A stretch of DNA of 64,000 nt from an uncultured Gammaproteobacteria bacterium (GCA_963764725.1 CAVXTM010000001.1:32001-96000); one strand, 5' to 3'. Shown: positions 27,700 through 38,113, counted from the stretch's first letter. The notes: generated from the letters alone by a model not told the origin. A program made the numbers and translations.

Positions 27700-29337
27700 A
27701 TGAAATCCATCGACATGAGAAACCGACGACAAAACGACTCAACTTCCGAAGTGGCGCCACAATTTCCGTTCTCGAATCTGAGTCCAAGTGCCTTCCTGCA
27801 GGCGTTCCTCAATGAAATGATGCGGGTCTGCGACGAGCACGGACTCAGCCGCCGCGACGAGCTTATCGAGCATATCGGTCTCAACGCAGGGGAGAATTTC
27901 GAAAGCGCCTACCGCTATGAATTCGCGTTGGGAGCATCGCTTGACGCCGAGCGGTATGCTGACCTGATCCTGGGAATTAAGAACCGGATAGGGGGCAATT
28001 TCTCTCTAGCCTCGAGTACCAAGGATTGCGTTCGTGTGGTCAACACCCGCTGCCCCTTCGGCGATCGCGTCAAGGATTTCCCCGAGTTGTGCCATATGAC
28101 CTCGAGCGTCTTCGGCGGGATCGCAGCCCGAAATTTTGGTTACGCGAAGGTCGAACTGAGAAAGCGTATCGCCACACACGATGGAATGTGTGAGGTGTGC
28201 ATTCACACCAATCCCAAAGAGGCGACCAAGTACGCCGGCACCGAGTACCGGCGCGATAACGTACCGGCTATCAAACCCCTGCCGTGCGAGACGCGGCAGC
28301 GCGTGGAAGAACGGATGCGTGCGGTCTGGTGCCCAGTGGGCAAACCTGTGGCACCAAAAAAAGAACGTGAGCGCGCCAGTATCGTGGCGCACTCGCCATT
28401 GATGCACGACATCCTGCTCGCGGTGGAAATGGTCGCGCCAACCCTGGCCACGGTCTTGATTACGGGTGAGACCGGGGTCGGCAAAGAAGTCGTTGCGCGG
28501 GCCATCCACGCCATGAGCGACCGCTGGAATAGGAACTTTGTAGCGGTCAACTGTGGGGCGATCCCGGAGACCCTTATCGAGACCACGCTATTCGGCCATG
28601 AGAAGGGCGCCTTCACCGGCGCCTATGAGGTCCACCATGGGCTCTTTCACCGAGCCGAGGGAGGGACGCTTTTCCTGGACGAGGTAAACACCCTCTCGGC
28701 CGCGACCCAAGTCAAGCTATTGCGCGTGCTGCAGGAAGGCGAATACGAGCGCGTGGGTGGAAATCATAGTTTGTCGTCCGACGTCCGTATCATCGCGGCC
28801 AGTAATTTTCCTCTGGATCAAGCCCTCGTACGCGGTGAGTTTCGGCAAGACCTTTTTTACCGGCTAAACGTTGTTCACCTGGAAGTTCCACCATTGCGAG
28901 TAAGGCCTGAGGACATCCCATACTTAGTGGACCACCTACTCGGTAAGCTTCGCCACAAGCACCATAAGCCCATACATGCCGTAAGCTCCCGTGTCATGCG
29001 CCAGCTCACCGAGTACGCCTGGCCGGGGAACGTGCGGGAGCTTGAAAATGTGTTGGAACGCAGCTTCGTATTCGCGACGGGCAGCCGAATCGAGCAAGTA
29101 GAACTGCCAAAACAAACCGACAAGTTCGCCAGCCCTTCTAACGAACTCTCTGCTCCGTGGGCAGAAGTTAGGAAACAAGCCTTGGAGGACATCGAAAAAC
29201 GCTATCTTGAACTTACTTTGAAGCGCTTTAATGGGAACGTGACGGTTGTGGCAAAGTGGATGGACTTGACACCCCGCGCTGTCTATCAAAAGATGACACG
29301 CTACCGCTTAAACCCTGGCGCGTTCCGGGTGTTATAG
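27700..29337 (+). CDS. sigma54-dependent activator with N-terminal methanogen-output-domain (MetOD1/V4R-like) sensor
   Basis: CPFG...[22 protein letters not shown]...C; [23 protein letters not shown]-terminal HTH. Start uncertain. Confidence 0.88.
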   Translation: MKSIDMRNRRQNDSTSEVAPQFPFSNLSPSAFLQAFLNEMMRVCDEHGLSRRDELIEHIGLNAGENFESAYRYEFALGASLDAERYADLILGIKNRIGGNFSLASSTKDCVRVVNTRCPFGDRVKDFPELCHMTSSVFGGIAARNFGYAKVELRKRIATHDGMCEVCIHTNPKEATKYAGTEYRRDNVPAIKPLPCETRQRVEERMRAVWCPVGKPVAPKKERERASIVAHSPLMHDILLAVEMVAPTLATVLITGETGVGKEVVARAIHAMSDRWNRNFVAVNCGAIPETLIETTLFGHEKGAFTGAYEVHHGLFHRAEGGTLFLDEVNTLSAATQVKLLRVLQEGEYERVGGNHSLSSDVRIIAASNFPLDQALVRGEFRQDLFYRLNVVHLEVPPLRVRPEDIPYLVDHLLGKLRHKHHKPIHAVSSRVMRQLTEYAWPGNVRELENVLERSFVFATGSRIEQVELPKQTDKFASPSNELSAPWAEVRKQALEDIEKRYLELTLKRFNGNVTVVAKWMDLTPRAVYQKMTRYRLNPGAFRVL

Positions 29338-29361
29338 TCGGTTTTTTTTTGACAGGCCGCA

Positions 29362-29868
29362 ATGAGACTAAAGAGCATTGTGACGACGGGCGCGGTATTG
29401 CTGCTGGCCACGGCCATATACTCCGCGAGTGGTACCGATATAGAAGCTCCATCAAGTAAACGGCAGACTGATATAGCCCATCGCGGCGCGAATATCATGC
29501 CCTTTGACCTCAGCCGCACCACACACGTATTCGACGATAAATCCGACGGCGGATTGCAAACCGTCATCGCCAATGATCCCGCCGACACCGCGCAAACCTA
29601 CCTTATCCGCGACCATCTCGCGGACCTTGCCAATCGTATGGCGCGTGGCGATTTCTCGGATCAGGCCTGGTTGCACGGTCCGGATATGCCCGGTTTGGCC
29701 GAACTCAGTACGGGCTATAGAAAGATCAAGATTACCTACCAGGTGCTGCCCAACGGGGCGAGCCTACGGCTGGCGAGTAATGACGCGACGATCGTAGCGG
29801 CCATACATAAATATTTTCTGGCACAACGTACCGACCACGCCGCGCATGGGAAGGTGCATCGTCACTGA
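29362..29868 (+). CDS. Conserved exported hypothetical protein
   Basis: Signal peptide; RGANIMPFDLSRTTHVF...HGPDMPGL...AQRTDH. Confidence 0.7.
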   Translation: MRLKSIVTTGAVLLLATAIYSASGTDIEAPSSKRQTDIAHRGANIMPFDLSRTTHVFDDKSDGGLQTVIANDPADTAQTYLIRDHLADLANRMARGDFSDQAWLHGPDMPGLAELSTGYRKIKITYQVLPNGASLRLASNDATIVAAIHKYFLAQRTDHAAHGKVHRH

Positions 29869-29932
29869 ATGAGTGTCTTATCACTTATCTTGTAAAGGCC
29901 ACGCTAATTTCACTCGCGGGAGGACACGTCTG

Positions 29933-30337
29933 ATGGCGGCGCTGACATCCAAGATGAAAGAAGCAATGATGAAGGTGGAGCTATTCCCGTTTGCGACAGC
30001 CTCGTCAGCCGGGCTCCCTAACGTGGTGCCGATCAAGTTTCTTTACGTCGCGACGGACGATACGCTCTGGATTACGGATAACTATCTCAACAAGACCCTG
30101 GCGAACCTGAAGGAAAATCCCCGGGCCTCGGTGTATGTCTGGTCTTCCGATACGCAAGAGTGCTTCCAGGTTAAGGGCACCATCGAGATTAAGACTGGTG
30201 GGGACGACTACGAGAAGATGAAGACAATGGTACGGGCCAAAATGCCAGACCTACCCGCGAGGGCCCTCGTGGTCGTGCACATTACGGCCATCTTTGATTG
30301 CATGCCGGGCGTGAGCGCGGGCAGACAGCTCGCCTAA
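29933..30337 (+). CDS. Pyridoxamine 5'-phosphate oxidase-like FMN-binding protein
   Basis: ATASSAGLPNVVP, DNYLNKTLANLKENP and FQVKG motifs; GGAGG RBS. Confidence 0.88.
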   Translation: MAALTSKMKEAMMKVELFPFATASSAGLPNVVPIKFLYVATDDTLWITDNYLNKTLANLKENPRASVYVWSSDTQECFQVKGTIEIKTGGDDYEKMKTMVRAKMPDLPARALVVVHITAIFDCMPGVSAGRQLA

Positions 30338-30489
30338 GAAGCTGTTCTCAACATCCGTCGGCCGAAGGCCCAAAACGCCTCGTCCTCACCGGGGCAGGCG
30401 ACGCCGAAAAGTCCACGGTGATGCGCAGCATCCCCCTGCGAACCCCTTTGCTGCTGTTCGTTCCGCTTCGGCAGATCACGGCATGGCAC

Positions 30490-30575
30490 CCGACCTCACG
30501 GCCGCCGCGGAATATGGCAAGCGTCGGGATGCCGCGGATATTGAACGACTGGGCGAGGGTCGAGGTGAGGATTCC
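30490..30575 (-). pseudogene. Thioredoxin C-terminal remnant
   Basis: LAQSFNIRGIPTLAIFRGGREV. Confidence 0.65.
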
Positions 30576-30592
30576 TAGCACAGTAGACTCTT

Positions 30593-31465
30593 TCACAAGC
30601 TCTCAGCCCGTGTGATCGGAATCTTGAGATAAGATCGTCCATTCGACTCAGGTGGCGGAAACTGACCGGCACGCATATTAATCTCAACCGAGGGGAAGAG
30701 GAGCTTTGGCGTTGCGAGCTGCTTATCCCGAGCATTGCGGAACTGGACGTAAGGCTCTTCGCTGGTCGCCGAGTTGATTTGGATGTTGTGTTCCCGCTGT
30801 TCGGCCACCGTGGTCTCCCAGCGGTGTGTTTGCCGCTTTTCAGTCAAATAGTCATGACAGAGGAGAAGCCGCGTCTCGGACGGCAGTGCATAGAGCTTTT
30901 GGATCGAGCGATAGAGCGTACGGGCATCGCCTCCTGGGAAGTCCGCTCGCGCCGAGCCGTAATCGGTCATGAACAAGGTATCGCCGATGAAGGCCGCATC
31001 CCCGATGAGATAAGTCACGTCGGCCCGGGTGTGGCCGGGAGTGTAAAGTACATGCCCTTCGAGCGCCCCGATCCGAAAACGCTCTCCCTCCTTGAACAGG
31101 TGATCGAATTCCGAGCCATCGGCCCTGAACTCATTACCTAGATTTAGAATGCCCTTCCAGATCTGCTGCACCTCGACGATGTGCTCGCCGATCCCGATTT
31201 GCCCGCCGCACTGCGCCTTCACATCCTGTGCGGCGCTCAGCCGATCGGCATGGGCATGGGTCTCCAGGATCCAGTCGATGGTCAGCCCCCGCTCTCGAAT
31301 AAAAGCGATCACCGGCTCGATGCTCGCGGTACTCGTCCGCGAAGCCTGATTGTCGTAGTCGAGCACCGGATCGACGACCGCGCAACGGGAACCATCAAGC
31401 TCCCGCACCACGTAGGTGAGCGAACCGGTGGGCTCGTGCATGAAGGCGGTAACGATGGGGTTCAT
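30593..31465 (-). CDS. Persulfide dioxygenase (ETHE1/Blh-like MBL-fold)
   Basis: DPVLDYD, LETHAHAD(R), TPGHT, GDTLF, ARADFPGG, CHDY and NMRAG motifs; alternative start at 31513. Confidence 0.9.
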   Translation of the reverse strand: MNPIVTAFMHEPTGSLTYVVRELDGSRCAVVDPVLDYDNQASRTSTASIEPVIAFIRERGLTIDWILETHAHADRLSAAQDVKAQCGGQIGIGEHIVEVQQIWKGILNLGNEFRADGSEFDHLFKEGERFRIGALEGHVLYTPGHTRADVTYLIGDAAFIGDTLFMTDYGSARADFPGGDARTLYRSIQKLYALPSETRLLLCHDYLTEKRQTHRWETTVAEQREHNIQINSATSEEPYVQFRNARDKQLATPKLLFPSVEINMRAGQFPPPESNGRSYLKIPITRAESL

Positions 31466-31530
31466 GGTTACGGTCCTATGGCGCTTATCGATTTCATACT
31501 GCCCGCAGTACATTCATCCTACGTTCGCTT

Positions 31531-31974
31531 CTAGGGTGTCGCGAGCGCGCGCAGGTAATGGATCAGGGTCCAGCCCTCCCGTTCGCTCAGCACGGAAGGA
31601 ATAAAGGACGCCATCGCCGTTCCCCTGCTGCCGTTCTTCAGCACCCATAGCAGCTCGCCATCGCTGCGGGCGGTTTGCCATTCTATGTCGGTAAAGTTGG
31701 TGGGCAAGGCGCCCTTGAGGAGGGAGGGATCGACATCCGTGATCCCGCGCCCATCGCGCCCGTGGCAGGCGACACAAAATCCTTTGCCGCGGTAGAGCCC
31801 CTGTCCTAGGGCGATGGTCGCGGGCGTGCGCTTCATCGGATTCTTGAGGGCACGCGCCGCCGCAAGCTCCGGTTCAGGGACTCGGGGGTGCAGCACATCG
31901 ACGTCAGTCGCCGGAGCAATGCCCGAGCCTACGAGCAGTGTGAAAATGGTGGGAAAAGTCATTGGATTTTTCAT
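31531..31974 (-). CDS. Monoheme cytochrome c
   Basis: Signal peptide, CVACH, distal Met in GTAM. Confidence 0.88.
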   Translation of the reverse strand: MKNPMTFPTIFTLLVGSGIAPATDVDVLHPRVPEPELAAARALKNPMKRTPATIALGQGLYRGKGFCVACHGRDGRGITDVDPSLLKGALPTNFTDIEWQTARSDGELLWVLKNGSRGTAMASFIPSVLSEREGWTLIHYLRALATP

Positions 31975-32059
31975 CGTCCTATCTTTTCGCCCGCAACGGC
32001 TTCGCGGTTCCATGGGATGCGCGGAGAGGCGGGGCGCCCCTCCGCGTTCCGGCCGCTTT

Positions 32060-32572
32060 TTACTCCGGGATCTCCAGTTTTTCCACCGGCTTGTGGCTGA
32101 TCGCGGTCGGGAACATCACCTCCCCATTGGGGACCTTGGCGCCGACGGGCCAGAGGTGGAAGATGATGCCATCGGTCTTCGAGGCCGCTGCCGCGATCTC
32201 CTTGGCCTTCTCCGGTGTCACATCCAGCACTTGCACCCGCCCGGTCGCCACTTCTTCCGTGTGATCATGGAAGTGCTTGTTCCATTCCTCCAGGGTAACA
32301 TTGGTGCGCGCAAGCTTCTTATCGATGAAGTACTCGATCTCGACCAGTTCCGCGTTCGGATCGGTCGACAAGAAGATCATGCACTGCAAGATTTCGGGTT
32401 TGATCGATTTGCAGTAGTGGTGATAAGGACCGCCCACCGTGCCGTCTTCATGCCGATGCGGAGCCAGGACATGGATGTTGAAACCCTCCGCCGGGCTTCC
32501 CGCGGCAAACAGCGAGGGTGTTGCCAGGGTGAGAGCGCCAACTGTCGCGATAAGATGAAGTTTCTTCAGCAT
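32060..32572 (-). CDS. Exported DUF1264/OBAP-family protein
   Basis: Signal peptide; HHYCK...LQC...AELVEIEYFI...W...HDH..E. Confidence 0.75.
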   Translation of the reverse strand: MLKKLHLIATVGALTLATPSLFAAGSPAEGFNIHVLAPHRHEDGTVGGPYHHYCKSIKPEILQCMIFLSTDPNAELVEIEYFIDKKLARTNVTLEEWNKHFHDHTEEVATGRVQVLDVTPEKAKEIAAAASKTDGIIFHLWPVGAKVPNGEVMFPTAISHKPVEKLEIPE

Positions 32573-32721
32573 GATAATAGTCTCCAATTGTTGTTGAGAT
32601 TAAGATCCTCCAGCGCTTCTGACCTCTTAGGCCCAGCGCAACTTGCCTCGTTTGGGCGAGACAGCCCTTATCCGGCGCCGTCGGTAGAACAGACAATGAA
32701 TCTTGCTAAAATCCCAATCCA

Positions 32722-33168
32722 CTATGCATCCTGCCGTGACGCCGACCCTTGCATCTCTCGGGGCGACAGCCACTGATAAAACTTCATCCCCAGGAGCATG
32801 GAAAGCACGAATACCCAGACCGTGAACAACCCGCTCACCAGTGAGGTGAGTGCAGGGCCGGGGCAAAACCCCCCGAGTCCCCAGCCCACACCGAAAAGGG
32901 CGCTGCCTGCGATGAGGCGAACGTCCAAGCTACCGAGCTTGGGCAAATGGAAGACTGCCCCGACGAGCGGACGATCACGCTTGAAGGTCCAGCGATAGCC
33001 CAAGGCGGTGACGCTGATGGCAGCCGCCATCACCCAGAGCAGATCCGGGTCCCAGCGCCCAGTCACATCGAGAAAACCGATGATCTTCTCGGGCCGCGTC
33101 ATGCCGGCGATGCCGAGCCCAAGGGCGAACAACAGACCGCAAAGAAAGGCCACAAGCTGGCGCTTCAT
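32722..33168 (-). CDS. YeeE/YedE-family sulfur transport half-protein (DUF6691 type)
   Basis: GMTRPEKIIGFLD...WDP...GWGLGGFCPGPA. Confidence 0.9.
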   Translation of the reverse strand: MKRQLVAFLCGLLFALGLGIAGMTRPEKIIGFLDVTGRWDPDLLWVMAAAISVTALGYRWTFKRDRPLVGAVFHLPKLGSLDVRLIAGSALFGVGWGLGGFCPGPALTSLVSGLFTVWVFVLSMLLGMKFYQWLSPREMQGSASRQDA

Positions 33169-33596
33169 ACGCTTCCTCCAAACCAGGTGTTGATCGCGAG
33201 CACGGTCAGCATCCCCGTGGCGATGAAGGTAAGGGTTGCCGCGATCGAGCGCGGGGATAGCCGACTTACCCCGCAGACACCGTGACCGCTGGTACAGCCG
33301 TTACCGAGCCGCGAGCCGAAGCCAACCAGAAGTCCGGCGGCTGCCGTTGCCATGAGCGAGCGGTCAGGGGACACGCCAAAGGCCTGGGGGTATGCAAGCA
33401 ATAACAGCAGCCCGCCGCTCATGAGACCGCCCAAAAAGGCGGAGCGCCATCCGCTCTCCCGAGGATCCCGATCGAGCAGGCCGTACACGATCCCGCTCAC
33501 CCCGAGCAGGCGACCGTTGAAGAGCGCGAACAGCACGACCGAGAGGCCGATGAGCGCGCCACCTAAAAGCGCTGTCATTGGAAAGACGCGATTCAT
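33165..33596 (-). CDS. YeeE/YedE-family sulfur transport half-protein
   Basis: GNGCTSGHGVCGVSRLSPRS. Confidence 0.92.
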   Translation of the reverse strand: MNRVFPMTALLGGALIGLSVVLFALFNGRLLGVSGIVYGLLDRDPRESGWRSAFLGGLMSGGLLLLLAYPQAFGVSPDRSLMATAAAGLLVGFGSRLGNGCTSGHGVCGVSRLSPRSIAATLTFIATGMLTVLAINTWFGGSV

Positions 33597-33609
33597 TGGG
33601 ACTCCTAGC

Positions 33610-33886
33610 TCACGCCGTCGCGAGCAAGTAGGATTCCATGTGCGGCAGGTCGAAGCTCACACCCTTCAGCAAGGGCAGCAGGTATTTCTTGCCGATCCAC
33701 CAGAGGTAGCGGTTCTCGCGCGGATCGAGCCAGGGGAAGGAAGGCGTCACCTGGCCATCGTAGGAGAACTCGGCCAGCATCACGGTTTGCAAGGAGGTAG
33801 TCAGGGGGCAGGCGCCGCATAGTGGCTGCCACCGAGATCCCGGCGGCCCCGCCCCCGACGATGAGGATGCGATGCTGCTTAGTCAT
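33610..33886 (-). pseudogene. sqr: Sulfide:quinone oxidoreductase with most of the gene deleted
   Basis: N-terminal ILIVGGGAAGISVAA is joined out of frame to C-terminal GACPLTT...LAEFSYDG...PSFP...W..KK. Confidence 0.82.
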
Positions 33887-33919
33887 GGGATTTTCCTCCT
33901 GCCGGTTCTCTAGTTGTTT

Positions 33920-34816
33920 TCAAGCGCGTCGCGCCTGGGTTCGGCGGGACGCCGCCCTCAGGACTTCCCCTATGACCAGGGGAATGGCCGCAAGAGCAAG
34001 ACCGATGAGCCAAAGCACCGGGTGTTCGTGGACGCTGCCCATGAGCCATGCTAAAGGCAACTCTCGATACAGAGAATACCCCGCAACGCTCAGGACAAAA
34101 ATACCAAACCCTTGTTTCAAACGAGCGCTCTGCACGCGGTTCGCCACCAGGCTGCCCAGCAGCGTACCGGTTGAAGCCACCACGATGAGCATCCCGGCGA
34201 GGGGATAGCTTACATCCACATGCTGCACGTAGGCGGCGAATCCGGCAAAGGACTTCATCGCAATGACCAGCAGCGAGGTACCGATCGCTGCATGCATCGG
34301 CAGGCGGCCCAACAGGTGCAGCGCCGGCACCACCAGGAAGCCACCTCCCGCACCGACGAGCCCGGTCGCGCCACCAACCAAAAGCCCATCGACCAGGATC
34401 CGCGCTAAAGGCAGAGTGCTAGCGTTCTGACAAGGCGAAGCGTAGGGGGGTGCTATGCCGCCCTCTTCAGGGCGGCTACGCAACATCGCCAAGGCCGTGG
34501 CGAGCATGATCGCGGTGAAGAGCGAGAGCAACGCCTGAGCCGGGATGAAGCGGGCCCCCCAACCCCCCGCATAGGCCCCGATCATGGCGGCAAAACCGAA
34601 CAGCAGGCCCACGCGCCGGCACACCTGGCCGCGGCGGGCGTAGGGGATCGTGGTGAGGATGCTGGTGACGCCAACCACCAGCAGTGAGGTGGCCATCGCC
34701 GCTTTGGTTTCGATCCCGAGGCCGTAGACCAGAAGCGGCACGGTTAGGATCGAACCGCCTCCGCCCAGGAGTCCTAGGGCAAGACCGATTCCCAGCGCGC
34801 CTAGCCAAACGAGCAT
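33920..34816 (-). CDS. TauE/SafE sulfite exporter
   Basis: LGLLGGGGSILTVP, GAGGGFLVVPAL and AIGTSL motifs. Confidence 0.92.
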   Translation of the reverse strand: MLVWLGALGIGLALGLLGGGGSILTVPLLVYGLGIETKAAMATSLLVVGVTSILTTIPYARRGQVCRRVGLLFGFAAMIGAYAGGWGARFIPAQALLSLFTAIMLATALAMLRSRPEEGGIAPPYASPCQNASTLPLARILVDGLLVGGATGLVGAGGGFLVVPALHLLGRLPMHAAIGTSLLVIAMKSFAGFAAYVQHVDVSYPLAGMLIVVASTGTLLGSLVANRVQSARLKQGFGIFVLSVAGYSLYRELPLAWLMGSVHEHPVLWLIGLALAAIPLVIGEVLRAASRRTQARRA

Positions 34817-35298
34817 ACCGCGTCCTCCTCAATCGAATGCCTTTGGCCGCGATTCTCACTCCCTGAACGCGCGACCTCTGTGCAAGCCCCGGCCATGTAA
34901 GAGGTGAACTGCTCCTCGGCCACAAGCCACAATCGCACCGGCTCGGGGAGGGCGGGTGGCGTCGTGGCGAGTTCACCCAGGACTTCAAGCACCGGCATCA
35001 TGCCTTGTGAGCTTAGGAAAACCACTTTGCTGAGCGAGCGCCGGCGACTGGTCAAGGTGCCGGCGAGTACAGGTCGCCAGCCCTTTTTGAAGACGCGCCT
35101 TAGCAAACCGAAGCGGGCTAGGATCTCGAGCGAAGCCACATTCATGATCGCGAGGTAACGGCTGTTGGTCATATGGCTGTTGACATCGAGATCGGTCGGC
35201 AAGACGTGAAAATGCTTCTTTACCCTCTGATGGAGCCCGATCACAGGCTTATATCCACAGGTGATAGCGAACCAGGCGAGGCGTAGCAACAGATTCAT
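34801..35298 (-). pseudogene. Hotdog thioesterase family protein, apparently internally deleted
   Basis: DLDVNSHMTNSRY; the central segment after RRRSLS appears to be missing. Confidence 0.6.
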
Positions 35299-35351
35299 GG
35301 CGTATTCCCTATGCAAACGTTGAATCAACATGAACACTTGCTTTGGTAAGG

Positions 35352-35366
35352 GCTGGTTTCGTGCCA
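35352..35366 (-). promoter_or_regulatory. sigma54 -24/-12 promoter of the sulfide-oxidation operon
   Basis: Minus strand reads TGGCACGAAACCAGC (GG-N10-GC), next to an AT-rich spacer and a divergent activator. Confidence 0.75.
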
Positions 35367-35499
35367 TGCTCAGAGGAATCGCTTAAATTAGCGTAACTTC
35401 ATGATTATATTGTATGTTATATATAAACAGTTGGGGTTGCTTGACCCGGATATAGTTTCACTATAAGTTGCAATGATACATATAAGGCTGAACTGATAC

Positions 35500-36900
35500 A
35501 TGATGAAACGTGCTGCGCCGGCTGCGACGAGTTTGAGTCCGGAGAGTCTCCAGCGCTGGCTGGACGCGATTGACCCCAGCGTCGGCTTTACCACCTTGGC
35601 CGGACTTATCGACCAGGCGGCGGTCTTCGTGGTCAACCGTGACCGGGCGGTCCAATATTGGAATACGGGGGCAGAGAAGCTGCTTGGATTCCGAGCCGGA
35701 GAGGTGCTAGGCCAGCATTGCCTGAAGTCCAACCGCTGCCCCCAATGCATGCGGGGTTGCGGGATCGCTCAGCATGGACGAGTTACGGGCGCCCTGATTA
35801 CGCTTCTCCGCGCCGACGGCAGCAGCCTTGCGGTGCGGAAATACGCCCAGGCGTTTTTCGATGCCGACGGGAGCTTCGCGGGCGGGATCGAGGTGCTGGT
35901 CCCGGAGGCGGTGGAAGACACAAAGACGTTACCCGACACCTGGCTTTTTTCAGGCGCTCAGCGTGAAGAGTTCCATGGGCTGCTCACCCGCTCGCCCGTC
36001 ATGCGCCAAGTTTTTCCGATCATCGCCAATGCCGCCGAGACAGAGAGCACGGTGCTGGTGCGCGGGGAGAGCGGTACTGGGAAGGAGCTCATAGCGCGCG
36101 CGATCCACAACTTAAGCCACCGCAAAGACGGTCCGTTCCTCGCGGTCAACTGCGCGGCCCTTACTCCGAGCCTGCTGGAGAGCGAGCTTTTCGGGCATGT
36201 ACGAGGCGCCTTCACCGGGGCGCTGCGGGATCATCCGGGCTTATTTCAACGCGCCGATGGTGGCACAGTGTTCCTAGATGAGGTTGCAGAGCTGCCCGTG
36301 AATCTCCAGGCCAAGCTCCTGCGGGTGCTGCAAGAGCGCAACTTTGTGCCCGTGGGTGGAGATCGCAGCGTAACGGTGGATGTGCGCATCGTCGCGGCGA
36401 CGCACCGGGCGCTGAGGGAAGAGGTCAAAGCCGGGCGCTTTCGCGAGGATCTCATGTACCGGTTGCGGGTGGTGCCGATCTTTCTACCTGCGCTGCGCGA
36501 ACGGCGCGAGGACGTGGGCCTGCTCTTATGGGAATTCATCGAGCGCCATAACGCGCGGGGCGTGCGGCGCATCGAGCGCATCGCTCCTGAGGCCATGCGG
36601 GTGCTGCTCGATCATTCCTGGCCGGGCAACGTGCGGGAACTAAAGAATGTCGTCGAGTATGCTTTTGCCGTGGGGCGGGGGGCCGAACTGCGGCTCTCCG
36701 AATTGCCGCCCGAGTTTCGGGAGCCAAGAACGCCCCCGCCCGTCGCAATTAAAAGAAACGAACGCTTAAGCCCAGAACAGCAGGCCGAACGGGTCCGACT
36801 CGCCCTGCAAGAGACTGGTGGAGACATACACAGGGCCGCCCAGCGCGCCGGGATGAGCCGCGCCACCTTCTGGCGTAAGCGCAAGCAGTTTGGGATCTAA
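35500..36900 (+). CDS. PAS-domain sigma54-dependent activator (FisR-like position)
   Basis: PAS domain with a Cys cluster (C-x4-C-x2-C-x3-C), [17 protein letters not shown]. Confidence 0.9.
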   Translation: MMKRAAPAATSLSPESLQRWLDAIDPSVGFTTLAGLIDQAAVFVVNRDRAVQYWNTGAEKLLGFRAGEVLGQHCLKSNRCPQCMRGCGIAQHGRVTGALITLLRADGSSLAVRKYAQAFFDADGSFAGGIEVLVPEAVEDTKTLPDTWLFSGAQREEFHGLLTRSPVMRQVFPIIANAAETESTVLVRGESGTGKELIARAIHNLSHRKDGPFLAVNCAALTPSLLESELFGHVRGAFTGALRDHPGLFQRADGGTVFLDEVAELPVNLQAKLLRVLQERNFVPVGGDRSVTVDVRIVAATHRALREEVKAGRFREDLMYRLRVVPIFLPALRERREDVGLLLWEFIERHNARGVRRIERIAPEAMRVLLDHSWPGNVRELKNVVEYAFAVGRGAELRLSELPPEFREPRTPPPVAIKRNERLSPEQQAERVRLALQETGGDIHRAAQRAGMSRATFWRKRKQFGI

Positions 36901-37131
36901 AAGCCGTGGTCGAATCCAGGGATCCCGGCCGTTGCTCGAACTCGGTGAAGTCCTCCACGTTTTTCAAAGCGCGCTGGGAGCCAAACAGGCGCTGGATGTT
37001 CGCCCCCCGCAAGGAAGGGGTGTGTTCCGAGGTCACTTATGGATTCGTTTCCCCGCTCCAACCCTCCTCTCCCTTGTTTGCGCCCATGAGAGAGTTTTAC
37101 ACGACAATGAAAAATAAATCGCGCTTCAATC

Positions 37132-37145
37132 TTGATCTACGTCAA
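37132..37145. promoter_or_regulatory. FNR box
   Basis: TTGATCTACGTCAA. Confidence 0.65.
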
Positions 37146-37486
37146 CACAATGCGACCGTGAGTTATCCACGGCAGATTGGTAAGAAGCAGCGCGGTCAGT
37201 GGCTGCTCGGCCTGTCGGGTATCAAGGCAGCTTCGCTTCTGGCGCTGCTTGTCGGTCACGCGCTTGTTGTGTGATCTAGAACAGTATGTCGTACCGCCCG
37301 AGTGCTATCATTGTTGGCGTATAGAGGTTTTTATGAAGGCTCCGCGGGCTAATTTCCGCGCAAAATCCTCTTCCCTGCTACAACAGATGTAGAACCATTT
37401 TGAAGAGTAGCGTGTCAAAAAAAGCGTGTGAAAGTTAGTCTCTCACACACACATTTAATCCTTAAATCCTAGTAAGGAGAAAAATC

Positions 37487-37831
37487 ATGAAACATTCAGG
37501 CTTAGCGGTGGCATTGTTTACAGGTTCGTTAGGGGTTGTAGGAATAGCCTATGCAGCCGAACATACCGGGCACCAGACGGAAGCGGTAACACATACTCAG
37601 CAGGCAATTGAGCACGGCAAAATGGGCCATGCGGATGTGGCCGCCGAGCACTGCACCCAGGCTTTGACGCATGCTGAAGCCGGCGCTAAGGCAATGGCCG
37701 ACCCCCATATGGATGAAGGCAGCAAACATCTGAAAGACTGCGTGGAGCATGGCAAGATGGGCCATGCGGATGTCGCTACCGAGCATGCCACCACGGCCAT
37801 GGAGCATCTCAATCAGGCTTACAAAAAGTGA
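37487..37831 (+). CDS. smbP: Small metal-binding protein SmbP
   Basis: TAAGGAG RBS, signal peptide, His every about 7 residues, repeated EHGKMGHADVA. Confidence 0.88.
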   Translation: MKHSGLAVALFTGSLGVVGIAYAAEHTGHQTEAVTHTQQAIEHGKMGHADVAAEHCTQALTHAEAGAKAMADPHMDEGSKHLKDCVEHGKMGHADVATEHATTAMEHLNQAYKK

Positions 37832-37909
37832 TGTTTTGAGTCGCGACGCAAAAGACTCGCAAAGTTAGAAAATGTAGCGAACACCTTGGAGATTGCCTAA
37901 GCAAGCAGG

Positions 37910-37947
37910 AAAAATCCCCACCTCTCCAAACGGGTGGGGATTTTTTT
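37910..37947 (+). terminator. Bidirectional Rho-independent terminator
   Basis: AAAAATCCCCACC...GGTGGGGATTTTTTT. Confidence 0.85.
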
Positions 37948-37976
37948 GTCTTTGGGAGCGTGGAGAATAGCAAGCG

Positions 37977-38100
37977 ATAGGGGTCGGGAAGTGCTAGCGC
38001 CCTCCCGCCCTCCGAACCGTGTGGGCGGTTCTCCCGCGCACGGCTTTCCAGTCCGTGGTTTCCTCATCGGGATTGGCGCGCCAGGCAAAGGGGTCAAATA
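37977..38100 (-). mobile_element. Group II intron 3' remnant (domains V-VI)
   Basis: Minus strand GAAAGCCGTGCGCGGGAGAACCGCCCACACGGTTCGGAGGGCGGG...CCCGACCCCTAT; no reverse transcriptase ORF. Confidence 0.85.
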
Positions 38101-38113
38101 GGTAAAATGCGCC

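Noticed and set aside
37910-38100. Class C group II intron targeted to the smbP terminator
   Set aside because: The hairpin lies in the intron's 3' exon, about 30 bp away, whereas class C introns insert just downstream of a hairpin in the 5' exon. Only domains V-VI remain.
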